Notes under the pieces: model-generated | Database searches by the model: none | What the model was told of the DNA's origin: nothing | The model's input: the letters and a program-made list of their open reading frames with translations, nothing else | In this document: positions 40,376 through 48,859 of the stretch, in pieces | Layout of the letters: each line of letters starts with the position of its first letter | Numbering within the stretch: the stretch's first letter is position 1 | Program-made: the position numbers and the translations under genes | Assembly (NCBI GenBank): GCA_031285625.1 | Contig: JAITVV010000095.1 | Location: forward strand, 259,282 to 323,281 | Length of the DNA: 64,000 nt | From: Prevotella sp. | Lineage (GTDB): Bacteria; Bacteroidota; Bacteroidia; Bacteroidales; Dysgonomonadaceae | Direction of reading: 5' to 3'

Positions 40376-42115
40376 TAAAGCCTTTACCCTATTGCCAAAT
40401 ACTCGCGCAATTTTTATGTGTGCAGATTCTGTTATATGCACACCATCGACTGGAGCATAAACATTTAGGTTCCCTGAGAAAATGCCTATTTCATTATATA
40501 CGTCATAAATAGGAATTGAAAGCCATTTACAGATTATTCGTTCTACTTCCCTGTATTGTTCTATATTTGCGAGGTTTGTAGGCGCAGGAGTCATACACAC
40601 AATTCTGGCTTCGGGTACTTTCCTTACCAAAGTCTCCATACATTTACGGTATGCATCGGAGAAATTATCTGTCAATGTAAGAGAGTCAAAAGCTTTACTT
40701 AAAGTTGTATTCGCATCACCTACGGTTCTGCGCTGCCAACAGTCATTTGTACCGATCATTATAGTAACAAGCCCTTTGAAATCGGTAGGAATCTGATTTA
40801 TTTGAAGTATTAAACCATCATCCCCCATTGCCATTTTACCACCTATTGCAAGGTTTGTAAAAGGCATGCCGAACTTTGCAGCCATTTTCACAGCCCAACT
40901 ATTCGCGCCCTCGGTTAAACTGTCACCACATGCGTAATAATCCAATTTTTCGACTGGATTAGCATCATCGATCACGTTCGAAACGGGTATGTATAAGTTT
41001 GGAATAACTATATTTTTGCCTGCATTTTTTTTCTTGATATAAAAACCGTCAAAAATTGATGTCCTACCATTAAATCGAATATAAGCACAATTTATCGGTG
41101 TGGTAAAATCACCGAAAGGACTACTATTTGAGGCGACTCCATTATTTGTGATAAACCTCTTTTCCGAATCGTAAAATAAAAACATCGGATTAAGGTTAAC
41201 AAGGTTTGTAGTGTATTCTATTCCCGGCTCAATAGGTAAATAGTCAATTGTATATTTATAGTCACCACTAGAAACAGCATTCCAATTGTTAAGAAATCCA
41301 TTACCCATGTTTAAAGTAGCAGGCAAAATATTTCCTGAGTTACTTTCTACCTCTACCTCGAACGCGCCCCGCATATCTTCTACGCCCAGATCGACAGCCA
41401 ATTTCTTTATTACGTTTGATTCAGGGGAAGGATATATATAAATCTGTGAATTTTTACCAATATTGGGCATATAATTATATCTGACAAAAGCACAGTTAGC
41501 AGGCGTTGTAAATATTCCTCCCCAAACAGTTGTGCGAGTACCGAATGATGAACCGATAAAGGTTTTATTTGCATCATAAAAAATAAAACGTTGATCATCT
41601 TGCGCCTTTACAGAGTTACACATATATGTTACGTTTGGCTGTACTGGCACATATATTTGGTTATATGATATTTGATCTGTGAAACGCGCTTTTTGTTCAA
41701 CGCCATTGGCATCCAGAAAATAGTCTACAATATTTGAGTAGCTTGGTACAAGATTATTATACTCAAATACTTCAAGATTTGAAGTATAATTGATTCCCTT
41801 AATATTAAGAACCATCTGCTGATTTTTCCCTATTTCATCAGTAAACAACTTCAAGCTCGGGGCTTTTACTGTATCCTGCCCTGTTTCTTGCGAAACGGCA
41901 ATGACGCTGGGCACACCCGTATCCGCCGTGCCAACCCACCAGTTGTTGTTAGTACCCACAAAGGGCGCATCCCCCTTGTCTCCCTTGTTACCTTTGAGCA
42001 GATTGATCGGGACTTTCACCGAATTATCGTTCTTGTCGGTACCCAGCGTATACAAGTTTTCGATCGTTGTAGCCTCAGGTAACTCCGATATTATTTTTTT
42101 CTTTATTTCTTCCAT
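40370..42115 (-). CDS. Tail fibre / receptor-binding protein with C-terminal SGNH esterase
   Basis: N-terminal ISELPEA..KGNKGDKGDAPFVGTNNNWWVG anchor/collagen-like segment; two FYD..K.FI...FTTP.NCA..R modules; GDSL, GTND, DGVH; start overlaps the upstream gene. Confidence 0.75.
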   Translation of the reverse strand: MEEIKKKIISELPEATTIENLYTLGTDKNDNSVKVPINLLKGNKGDKGDAPFVGTNNNWWVGTADTGVPSVIAVSQETGQDTVKAPSLKLFTDEIGKNQQMVLNIKGINYTSNLEVFEYNNLVPSYSNIVDYFLDANGVEQKARFTDQISYNQIYVPVQPNVTYMCNSVKAQDDQRFIFYDANKTFIGSSFGTRTTVWGGIFTTPANCAFVRYNYMPNIGKNSQIYIYPSPESNVIKKLAVDLGVEDMRGAFEVEVESNSGNILPATLNMGNGFLNNWNAVSSGDYKYTIDYLPIEPGIEYTTNLVNLNPMFLFYDSEKRFITNNGVASNSSPFGDFTTPINCAYIRFNGRTSIFDGFYIKKKNAGKNIVIPNLYIPVSNVIDDANPVEKLDYYACGDSLTEGANSWAVKMAAKFGMPFTNLAIGGKMAMGDDGLILQINQIPTDFKGLVTIMIGTNDCWQRRTVGDANTTLSKAFDSLTLTDNFSDAYRKCMETLVRKVPEARIVCMTPAPTNLANIEQYREVERIICKWLSIPIYDVYNEIGIFSGNLNVYAPVDGVHITESAHIKIARVFGNRVKALL

Positions 42116-42678
42116 AATTCTAAAATTGGTATACAATAACCATCTTCTGTTGTTACCAGATTTACTTTATCTTCAGTACTCAATAATGACTCTATAACTG
42201 TTTTGTCCGGTGCTGCCTCGAATAAGGGGTAGATTGACTTTTTAGTAATAGTGATACTATATCCTGCCGTTTCGCCTCGCTGCCCCGTTTGTTGAGTATA
42301 ACTAAGGGTAGCGCCGCCATCAGAGCCAAATGAGAACATCTTGCCTTGCGAAGAGAATACTATCAGGTACTTATTCACTTTGGTTAGCAACAGGCTGGCT
42401 GTTTTCTGATAATCCAGTGACCTTACGAATGTTGTTATTGCTTGTGTATATATTCCGTTGTCCTGATTTTCGGTAAAATTCGATTCATCCACAACATCAA
42501 GCCTGATATAATCCTGTGCGGATATCTTGATGCTGTCAATAAAACATTGATCATACAGCTTATCATCTCTAAACCGATAACTTACAAAGTCCCGGATATC
42601 CAAAAGATAAATTTCTGATATACCCCCCGGATTATACTCACACGAGTGCTTTATATTTTGGATTAATCTACAATTCAT
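42103..42678 (-). CDS. Tail-tube-like structural protein (paralog 2)
   Basis: M.C.L..NI...C.Y..GGI..IYL N-terminus shared with 42842-43378. Confidence 0.6.
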   Translation of the reverse strand: MNCRLIQNIKHSCEYNPGGISEIYLLDIRDFVSYRFRDDKLYDQCFIDSIKISAQDYIRLDVVDESNFTENQDNGIYTQAITTFVRSLDYQKTASLLLTKVNKYLIVFSSQGKMFSFGSDGGATLSYTQQTGQRGETAGYSITITKKSIYPLFEAAPDKTVIESLLSTEDKVNLVTTEDGYCIPILELWKK

Positions 42679-42682
42679 AATT

Positions 42683-42831
42683 AATTCGAAAATTAGCAGA
42701 TTTGAAAATTAGCAAATAACTTGTCTCTGATTTGTCATAGGAAGCATCCCGACCCGTTTTTCAAGGAGAAAAGAAAAGAGATGCTTCGTTGCCTCAGCAC
42801 AGAAGCCATCATTGCTAATTTTCAAATTTGC
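42683..42831. repeat. Degenerate REP-like element flanked by AATTAGC-unit inverted arrays
   Basis: Core 42733 to about 42801; AAATTAGCAGATTTGAAAATTAGCAAAT pairs with ATTGCTAATTTTCAAATTTGC. Confidence 0.7.
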
Positions 42832-42841
42832 CGATTGATAC

Positions 42842-43378
42842 TTACGGAGTTATCACTGTTTTGTCCACTATTGCTGTGATCACGCTTTCGTCTTTCAGCA
42901 GGCGTCCTATCTCCAGTTCTGTGCCGGCAAGTGTAACCGTCCACCCGTTGGCATCGGCATCGGCTGCACCCGAAGCATAATTAAAGGCTGTGGCACTCAG
43001 TCCGTTGTTACGGCCAAGCATAATAGAACGGTTGTTCTTATCTACCACTACCGCTGTGAACTTACCCAAGCTAAGCTTATCGCCCTGATTAATAATAGTA
43101 TAATTATATTCACTCAATGTAAAGTTTACAGTATGCGTGCGATACTTGCCACCATTGCCATTCTGAGCCAGTTCGTCAGAAAATGAAGCTGTACTGTCAA
43201 TGAAATCAATACTATATGCTTTTGCCGAATCAGCCAGCATTATAGTTTCTATTTCCTCATCTGTACCCATTGTATAAGTATTAGCCGGATCGTAGTTGAA
43301 CAAGTACACGGCTTTGATACCTGCTACTGTATAAGCACAGGTTTCTTTTGTGATATTTGATGTTAATTTACAAGACAT
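42842..43378 (-). CDS. Major tail (tube) protein, putative
   Basis: Directly follows the capsid gene; MSCKL...AGIKAVY, SGAADADANGWTVTL; start set at MSC. Confidence 0.65.
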   Translation of the reverse strand: MSCKLTSNITKETCAYTVAGIKAVYLFNYDPANTYTMGTDEEIETIMLADSAKAYSIDFIDSTASFSDELAQNGNGGKYRTHTVNFTLSEYNYTIINQGDKLSLGKFTAVVVDKNNRSIMLGRNNGLSATAFNYASGAADADANGWTVTLAGTELEIGRLLKDESVITAIVDKTVITP

Positions 43379-43407
43379 AGTTTTTATTATTAATTTGTTA
43401 ATAGAGT

Positions 43408-43511
43408 AATTAGCATATTTGAGAATTAGCATATTAGCAAATGGACGCAAAGCAAAAAAACATTGACAATGTCACCATTTGCTAATTTTCGAATTTGCTA
43501 ATCTGCTAATT
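43408..43511. repeat. AATTAGC-unit inverted repeat array
   Basis: TAATTAGCATATTTGAGAATTAGCATATTAGCAAAT...ATTTGCTAATTTTCGAATTTGCTAATCTGCTAATT. Confidence 0.7.
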
Positions 43512-43513
43512 GA

Positions 43514-44461
43514 TTAGTTATTCGGGCTATAAAATACAACCTCATCCTCAAACGGAATTACAAAGCCCAGACGCAAACGGCCATCAATAAAGATCTTGCT
43601 ATCCTGCGGCGCTGCAAATTGCCCCATGCGGATCTCCTCCAGGTCGCGAACAAGGTCGGTACCGATAAGGAAGTTTTTAGCATCGGCAGCTACCATGTCA
43701 TTATCGTTAAGGCCTTTTACCGGAACGATTTCCACACCCATGTAGCGAACCACATCGCCCTCTACCGTAAAGTTAGGGCTAACCACTACATTGTCGCCCC
43801 AGATACCACCCAGTGCCATTTTCACTTTCAGGAATGTAGGATACGAAACGTAGATATTCAGTGTACCGTTTTGCAAGCCCAGTGCAACCACATTTTCGGG
43901 GATAGCGGTAAACATTTTTTCAATCTCCTCCAACACATTTGCTTTGGTAAGCGCTACACCCGAAACCTTTACGGCTTGTGTGCTGTCGGTAAGTACTTTG
44001 ACCACACCGTCGAAGTCGTTGGCGTCTACCGAACTGTCGCCTTTGAAGATCTTGGTTTCGATCTCGCTGCTCAATTCTGCCGCCAATATTGCCATAGTAG
44101 CATCCTCCAGGGTGTCGGGCAATTCCATATTCTTTGCACCGGGGCTAAGCATCCATACCGTGCGTTTGCGTTCAAGATCGTCGATACATTGTTCCAGATT
44201 GATCTTGTAGGTCTTGATCTTTAATTCCTTCTCACTCAACTTGGCTATCTGCTGAGGTGTCCACGAGCAGTCGCGTGCATCTGCCTGAAGGATATTACCT
44301 TCGAGGTCGATCAGGTTAAGTTGTGTCGATTCTTTTACTCCGATCACAGGAGTGATTTTACCTTTTTCGATAAGTTTTCCACCAAAGATTGCTTTTGTGA
44401 ACCAATCCATGTTAGAGGATGGCTGATAGGTCAGTGATGAAATGTCATACATGTTTGCCAT
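43514..44461 (-). CDS. Major capsid protein
   Basis: 315 aa after protease/scaffold; GVK, C.WT...L.EK.L....K.NLE.C..D, E..IFKGD, FDG, YMGVEIV patterns; biased codon use. Confidence 0.8.
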   Translation of the reverse strand: MANMYDISSLTYQPSSNMDWFTKAIFGGKLIEKGKITPVIGVKESTQLNLIDLEGNILQADARDCSWTPQQIAKLSEKELKIKTYKINLEQCIDDLERKRTVWMLSPGAKNMELPDTLEDATMAILAAELSSEIETKIFKGDSSVDANDFDGVVKVLTDSTQAVKVSGVALTKANVLEEIEKMFTAIPENVVALGLQNGTLNIYVSYPTFLKVKMALGGIWGDNVVVSPNFTVEGDVVRYMGVEIVPVKGLNDNDMVAADAKNFLIGTDLVRDLEEIRMGQFAAPQDSKIFIDGRLRLGFVIPFEDEVVFYSPNN

Positions 44462-44501
44462 AATTTTGTTTTGATTTGAGAATATGCTGTTTCTAATACT
44501 T

Positions 44502-44583
44502 TGTCATGCTAACAACAGGAAGCATCTCTTGTCTTTTTTCCATGAATAAATGAATCGAGATCCTTCGTTACCTCAGGATGACA
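44502..44583. repeat. REP-like palindromic element
   Basis: TGTCATGCT..CAACAGGAAGCATCTC...GAGATCCTTCGTTACCTCAGGATGACA between protease and capsid genes. Confidence 0.85.
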
Positions 44584-44605
44584 AAAGCCATCAGCATATT
44601 GATTA

Positions 44606-45769
44606 TTATTTTCTTCTGTTAATAGTTTGGTTAAGAGCCACAGCCATACGTTCGGCAGTAGTCATTTCGCTCAGGTTTTTAGAGCCTGAAAGCTGGATGG
44701 CCGGGTAAGCCGAAGGAGTTTTCTTGCGCATTTCTTCTACCTGGCTTTTAGTGTCTTCGAGCATGCCCTGTGCTTCGTTCAGCGATTTGGTAAGCTGATC
44801 GATCACCGATTGCATTTCGGCAATTTTTGCTTTCAATGCTTCAGCCGTTTTCGGGTCAAAATCTGCTAATCTGTGCTTAGCCTTGTGATGCTTCAACGTT
44901 TGCGGCGCTTTGGTTTCTTCAGGGTTGGTCTTGTTTCCGGATGCTTCTTTTGTTTCCACAAATTGCCCCTGATCGTCGATTACAAGCAGATTACCATCTG
45001 CCAGTTTGTGTTCTCCGGCAGGCATTTGCTCCTCATCCATAGTTGCAAATCCGTCCTGATCTACATACACTTCTTTACCGTCTGCCAGTACAAACAGCAC
45101 ATAGGCTTCGCCACTGGTGGTAACGTCCGATTTTTCTACTGCCTCTATATCGAGTAACATATTTGCAATGCGCCCCAGCAGTGTCTGTTTTGCTTTTTTC
45201 TTTTTATCGTTCATAGATTTATAATTTGTTTTAGACAATGAGATTTCCTGATTGAAAAAGCCTTCGAGTGAAAACCCTTTTACATTTCCGTTCATCACCT
45301 CATTTGTCCAATAGTTTTTATCTTCTATCTTGTAGCTGCACATCAGGGTTCCTTTGGGTAAATCTGTAAAACCGAGCGCATTGGATTTGTCGTTTGCAGG
45401 GTTTTCTACAATCCACAGTTCGATAAGGTAGTTTCCGCTGAGTGGCGACTGGTGCTGATGTGTGGTATTGTGCAAGGCAATACCCGTTTTCATCATTTTG
45501 TGAGCGATTTTTTCGATCTGCCCTGCCGAAAACTTGATGTAGTAGTCGCCCAGCTCAGGAGAGTTGCGGTAGATCAGCTGTTCGGGTTTGAGAACAACAC
45601 CGGTAAGTATCTGCTTTTGTTCATCCTTACTGAGGTGTAATTCTTTTTGTCCCCTAAGGGCTACAAAATCGATCTCATTGGCGGGCATATCTACAAACGA
45701 AATGGCATAAACTCCTGTCAGGTCGTCTACATTTTCGTCAATCACACAGTTGTATACTGGTATCTTCAT
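44606..45769 (-). CDS. Prohead protease (XkdF-like) fused to a scaffold-like coiled coil
   Basis: AISFVDMPA.E, GVVLKPEQLIYR, THQH, LPKGT, VKGFSLEG; C-terminal PAGEH.L.DG and coiled coil. Confidence 0.8.
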   Translation of the reverse strand: MKIPVYNCVIDENVDDLTGVYAISFVDMPANEIDFVALRGQKELHLSKDEQKQILTGVVLKPEQLIYRNSPELGDYYIKFSAGQIEKIAHKMMKTGIALHNTTHQHQSPLSGNYLIELWIVENPANDKSNALGFTDLPKGTLMCSYKIEDKNYWTNEVMNGNVKGFSLEGFFNQEISLSKTNYKSMNDKKKKAKQTLLGRIANMLLDIEAVEKSDVTTSGEAYVLFVLADGKEVYVDQDGFATMDEEQMPAGEHKLADGNLLVIDDQGQFVETKEASGNKTNPEETKAPQTLKHHKAKHRLADFDPKTAEALKAKIAEMQSVIDQLTKSLNEAQGMLEDTKSQVEEMRKKTPSAYPAIQLSGSKNLSEMTTAERMAVALNQTINRRK

Positions 45770-45822
45770 ACATATAAGGGATTTAGTAAAGGATTATGAA
45801 ATAGTGGAATTCCGTTGCTTAT

Positions 45823-45835
45823 AATAAGATAATTT
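45823..45835 (-). promoter_or_regulatory. Shared upstream motif AAATTATCTTATT (candidate late promoter)
   Basis: Identical 13-mer at 7298-7310 (+) before the terS operon; variants before TMP, portal, chaperone and neck operon. Confidence 0.5.
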
Positions 45836-45871
45836 CGATTTTGGAAAATGCATTTGCCGGATTATCTTTTT

Positions 45872-45983
45872 TGTCATGCTGAGGCACGAAGCATCCCGAC
45901 CCATTTGTCCATGAAAGCTAACATTACAGGAGCATAGCAGATGGAAAAGAGAAAAGAGGTCCTTCTCTGCGTTCAGGATGACA
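45872..45983. repeat. REP-like palindromic element
   Basis: TGTCATGCTGAGGCACGAAGCATC...TCAGGATGACA. Confidence 0.8.
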
Positions 45984-46060
45984 AGGAAGGGTATGAAGAA
46001 TAAAAATTACCCGAAAATTAATTCCTCTTATTTCTAAAAAAAATCAAAATAAAAAAGAGA

Positions 46061-46190
46061 AGAAAAGTTTTCTTTTATACTTTTCTTTTAGTTTATGTTT
46101 ATGTTTTAGTTTATATATATAAGGCTTACTGTTATGCTTTACTTTATACTTTCTTTTATACAGTTTTTTCAACTACTTCTTTTTCAGCAT
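46061..46190. other. AT-rich, strand-skewed origin-like tract
   Basis: TTTCTTTTATAC at 46069-46080 and 46150-46161, GTTTAT repeats, central TATATATA. Confidence 0.4.
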
Positions 46191-46302
46191 AAAAAACTTG
46201 TTAACTTCAATTCCAATTTATATTTTTAACAAAAAGTATTTCATTTGCCCAAAACAATGTGTTAGATTTACACACAAACAAATACAACCTAAAACCGATA
46301 TC

Positions 46303-47112
46303 ATGAAAAAGACAAGTATAGGATTAACGATTATTCTATCGCTTATCTTGATGATAAGTTGTAGCGATGATGACGACGGATTTACACCCATTACCGAGGA
46401 AGACACAATGCTGGCTGTGTCGGATACTGTATGCATGATGTTCAGGTCGATGAATGGCAGCAGCGACGGTGGAATAGATGGTATGGAAAGAGGAAAATAC
46501 AGGGAGCTGCACCATCGGTCGATGAATAGTGCAATTTTTGAGTTTGATGATTTTGTAGAAAATTCGTCTATTACATTTATCGCCGGAACGGATAGTGTAA
46601 AAATAAGGGGGTATGTAGATTGCGGCTATGTAAAAAGCGGATCTCAAATGCTGGTTAGTGCATGGAACGCTCACGATGCCATTGTTAAATACAAGTTTGA
46701 AAACAATGCTTTAAAGGTGCTCATAAAACCAGAAAATAATGAATGGGCGACCCTGGGATACGGCAACAAAGAGAAAATAGAAGTATATATAGAAACAAAA
46801 GCTTTCCATGTGGGCGCTATGATTACCGATCCAAACCACACCGATCCGAATATGGACGACAAATATGTGTGGGAAATAAACGGCACTACCCGTTTTGAAG
46901 CGAATATCAGCGTTACTCCCGAGCAGGCGAACAAAACAGTAGAGACACAATACTGGCAGGATTTCTTTGATGAAGTGCAAACCAACTGGATATACATCCC
47001 TGTAGGCAAGTATTATGGAGAAACGTTTAAAAGTCAGCAGGATATGAAACGTAAATATCAGGGTGCAACCTGGTCGGTATATAAGATGACATATACGCCC
47101 AAAGAATTATAA
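46303..47112 (+). CDS. Hypothetical lipoprotein
   Basis: Lipobox MISC followed by SDDDD. Confidence 0.7.
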   Translation: MKKTSIGLTIILSLILMISCSDDDDGFTPITEEDTMLAVSDTVCMMFRSMNGSSDGGIDGMERGKYRELHHRSMNSAIFEFDDFVENSSITFIAGTDSVKIRGYVDCGYVKSGSQMLVSAWNAHDAIVKYKFENNALKVLIKPENNEWATLGYGNKEKIEVYIETKAFHVGAMITDPNHTDPNMDDKYVWEINGTTRFEANISVTPEQANKTVETQYWQDFFDEVQTNWIYIPVGKYYGETFKSQQDMKRKYQGATWSVYKMTYTPKEL

Positions 47113-47249
47113 GACTGACTCACAACACAAAATACTTATATAAAAGATACTTTTACCGGGGATATTTTCGTCTCCGGTATTTTTTTGTTATTAAATCTTA
47201 CAGCTTTTTATCTATATTTGATCTTCAAACACAAACAGTAATTTACAAA

Positions 47250-48065
47250 ATGAAAACAGTAAGCTGCATACTACTTATCCTTATCCTTTGCGCATGTGTA
47301 AAAAAACAAAAAAATACAGATGAATACTATTTGTCGGTAGACAATATAGAAGACTACAAAAACGAATATGATGATAAAGGCCGGCTGGTAAAGGTAACCG
47401 ATTATCGTATCAGAGGGTATTATGATGTAAGGGATACCGTGTCGGGAGATGCAAAATTCTATTACTATGACGAGAGGGACAGCCTGAAATCGATCAGGGG
47501 CTATTCGATATATCCTGACAGGGATGCGAAACAGATTTCGCTGGAAACCTTCTTTACCGATAGTAGCGAGACTACGGTAAGATACAGGAAATACCCGACC
47601 GATACGGCAGGAATCTCAAAAAGGATGTGGGGTATTAAACACCCACCTGTAAACAAAGATATGGCAAAAGCAGGTACAGCAACATATACAACAAAGGCAA
47701 GCCCAACCAGCAAAAAGGAGTACACCAGTAAGGATACCATAATCACCGACACATACGACGAACAAGAGATTCTGAAATACAGGACAAAAAAGTATCACAC
47801 AAAAGAATATTTTGTAGAAACCAGTTATAGGTTTGAAGATCATGCTATGGACTCAATTTACTACAAGGATAGTAAAGAGGTGAAGGCGATATATGTCACT
47901 CCGGATGAGATAAATCTGATTGTTAGCGAATATGACCACTACAATAATATTACAAAAAGGGTAAGAAGCATTTTCAGAACGCGGGAAGCAGAAAAAAAGG
48001 TGCAGGAGAATCGCGACCAGTTGGCAAAAATGATTAAGGAATATCAGAACTCTGCGGATCAATAG
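47250..48065 (+). CDS. Hypothetical lipoprotein with YD-like repeats
   Basis: Lipobox LCAC; EYDDKGRL, YYYDERD, EYDHYNN. Confidence 0.65.
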   Translation: MKTVSCILLILILCACVKKQKNTDEYYLSVDNIEDYKNEYDDKGRLVKVTDYRIRGYYDVRDTVSGDAKFYYYDERDSLKSIRGYSIYPDRDAKQISLETFFTDSSETTVRYRKYPTDTAGISKRMWGIKHPPVNKDMAKAGTATYTTKASPTSKKEYTSKDTIITDTYDEQEILKYRTKKYHTKEYFVETSYRFEDHAMDSIYYKDSKEVKAIYVTPDEINLIVSEYDHYNNITKRVRSIFRTREAEKKVQENRDQLAKMIKEYQNSADQ

Positions 48066-48205
48066 CCGATAGAAAGACCTCCTTTATAAGCAAATATCTT
48101 ATCTGTAATCAGGATAGAATCATTTTATCTTATGATTATTCATATCTTCACTAAACCTTTATAGAAAAGGATAGTCTATCTTTATATACGAATAACCGAC
48201 GCGAT

Positions 48206-48823
48206 ATGAAAATCCTGAATTATATATTTATCCTGTTGCTGTGTATAGGCTTTGCGGCCTGCGAAAAGGATGATCCTTATGTAACACCACCACCCACAGA
48301 ACCCGAAAATCCGGTAGATCCACCCACCGAGAAAGAAAATATCGTTTTCAATCTGGATGGAAACCTTATCCGTGCGGGAAAGGAAAAATCGGACGATGCG
48401 GTTTTTAATCTCGATGGAGACTATATCCGAGCCGGAGAGAAGAACACAGGCGACATCGTCTTTAATATCGACGATAAGCTAATACGTGCCGGAAAAGATA
48501 AGTCGGGCGATGTGGTTTTTAACATCGACAACAATTATATCCGTGCAGGTGCTTCTGCTGATGGGGATATTGTATTTAATATGGATGGGGAATATGTGAG
48601 AGGGGGAGAGGGGAAGGTGAGTAGCCTTATATTTACGATTGAACCTAGCTTATTGACTGATAATAAATTCTATGTCTATGCCAGAGAAAGTATCATATAT
48701 ACAATTGAGCCTAGCTTATTGACTGATAATAAATTTCATATCTATGCCGGAGAGAGTATCATATATACGATTGAGCCTAACTTATTGACTGATAATAAAT
48801 TTTATGTCTATGTCGGAGATTAA
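48206..48823 (+). CDS. Lipoprotein with two kinds of tandem repeat
   Basis: Lipobox FAAC; five 19-aa VFN.DG..IRAG repeats, then three 22-aa TIEPSLLTDNKF repeats. Confidence 0.7.
   Translation: MKILNYIFILLLCIGFAACEKDDPYVTPPPTEPENPVDPPTEKENIVFNLDGNLIRAGKEKSDDAVFNLDGDYIRAGEKNTGDIVFNIDDKLIRAGKDKSGDVVFNIDNNYIRAGASADGDIVFNMDGEYVRGGEGKVSSLIFTIEPSLLTDNKFYVYARESIIYTIEPSLLTDNKFHIYAGESIIYTIEPNLLTDNKFYVYVGD
48629..48820 (+). repeat. 66-bp tandem repeat, about 3 copies, coding
   Basis: Equivalent positions at 48631, 48697, 48763. Confidence 0.9.
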
Positions 48824-48825
48824 TC

Positions 48826-48848
48826 TACTGGGGATTTTCACCCCAGTA
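48826..48848. terminator. Terminator-like hairpin between convergent genes
   Basis: TACTGGGG-attttca-CCCCAGTA. Confidence 0.65.
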
Positions 48849-48859
48849 AATAAATATTC

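Noticed and set aside
48629-48820. 66-bp repeats as a CRISPR array or DGR template/variable repeat
   Set aside because: Contiguous in-frame coding repeats with no unique spacers; no cas gene or reverse transcriptase in the window.
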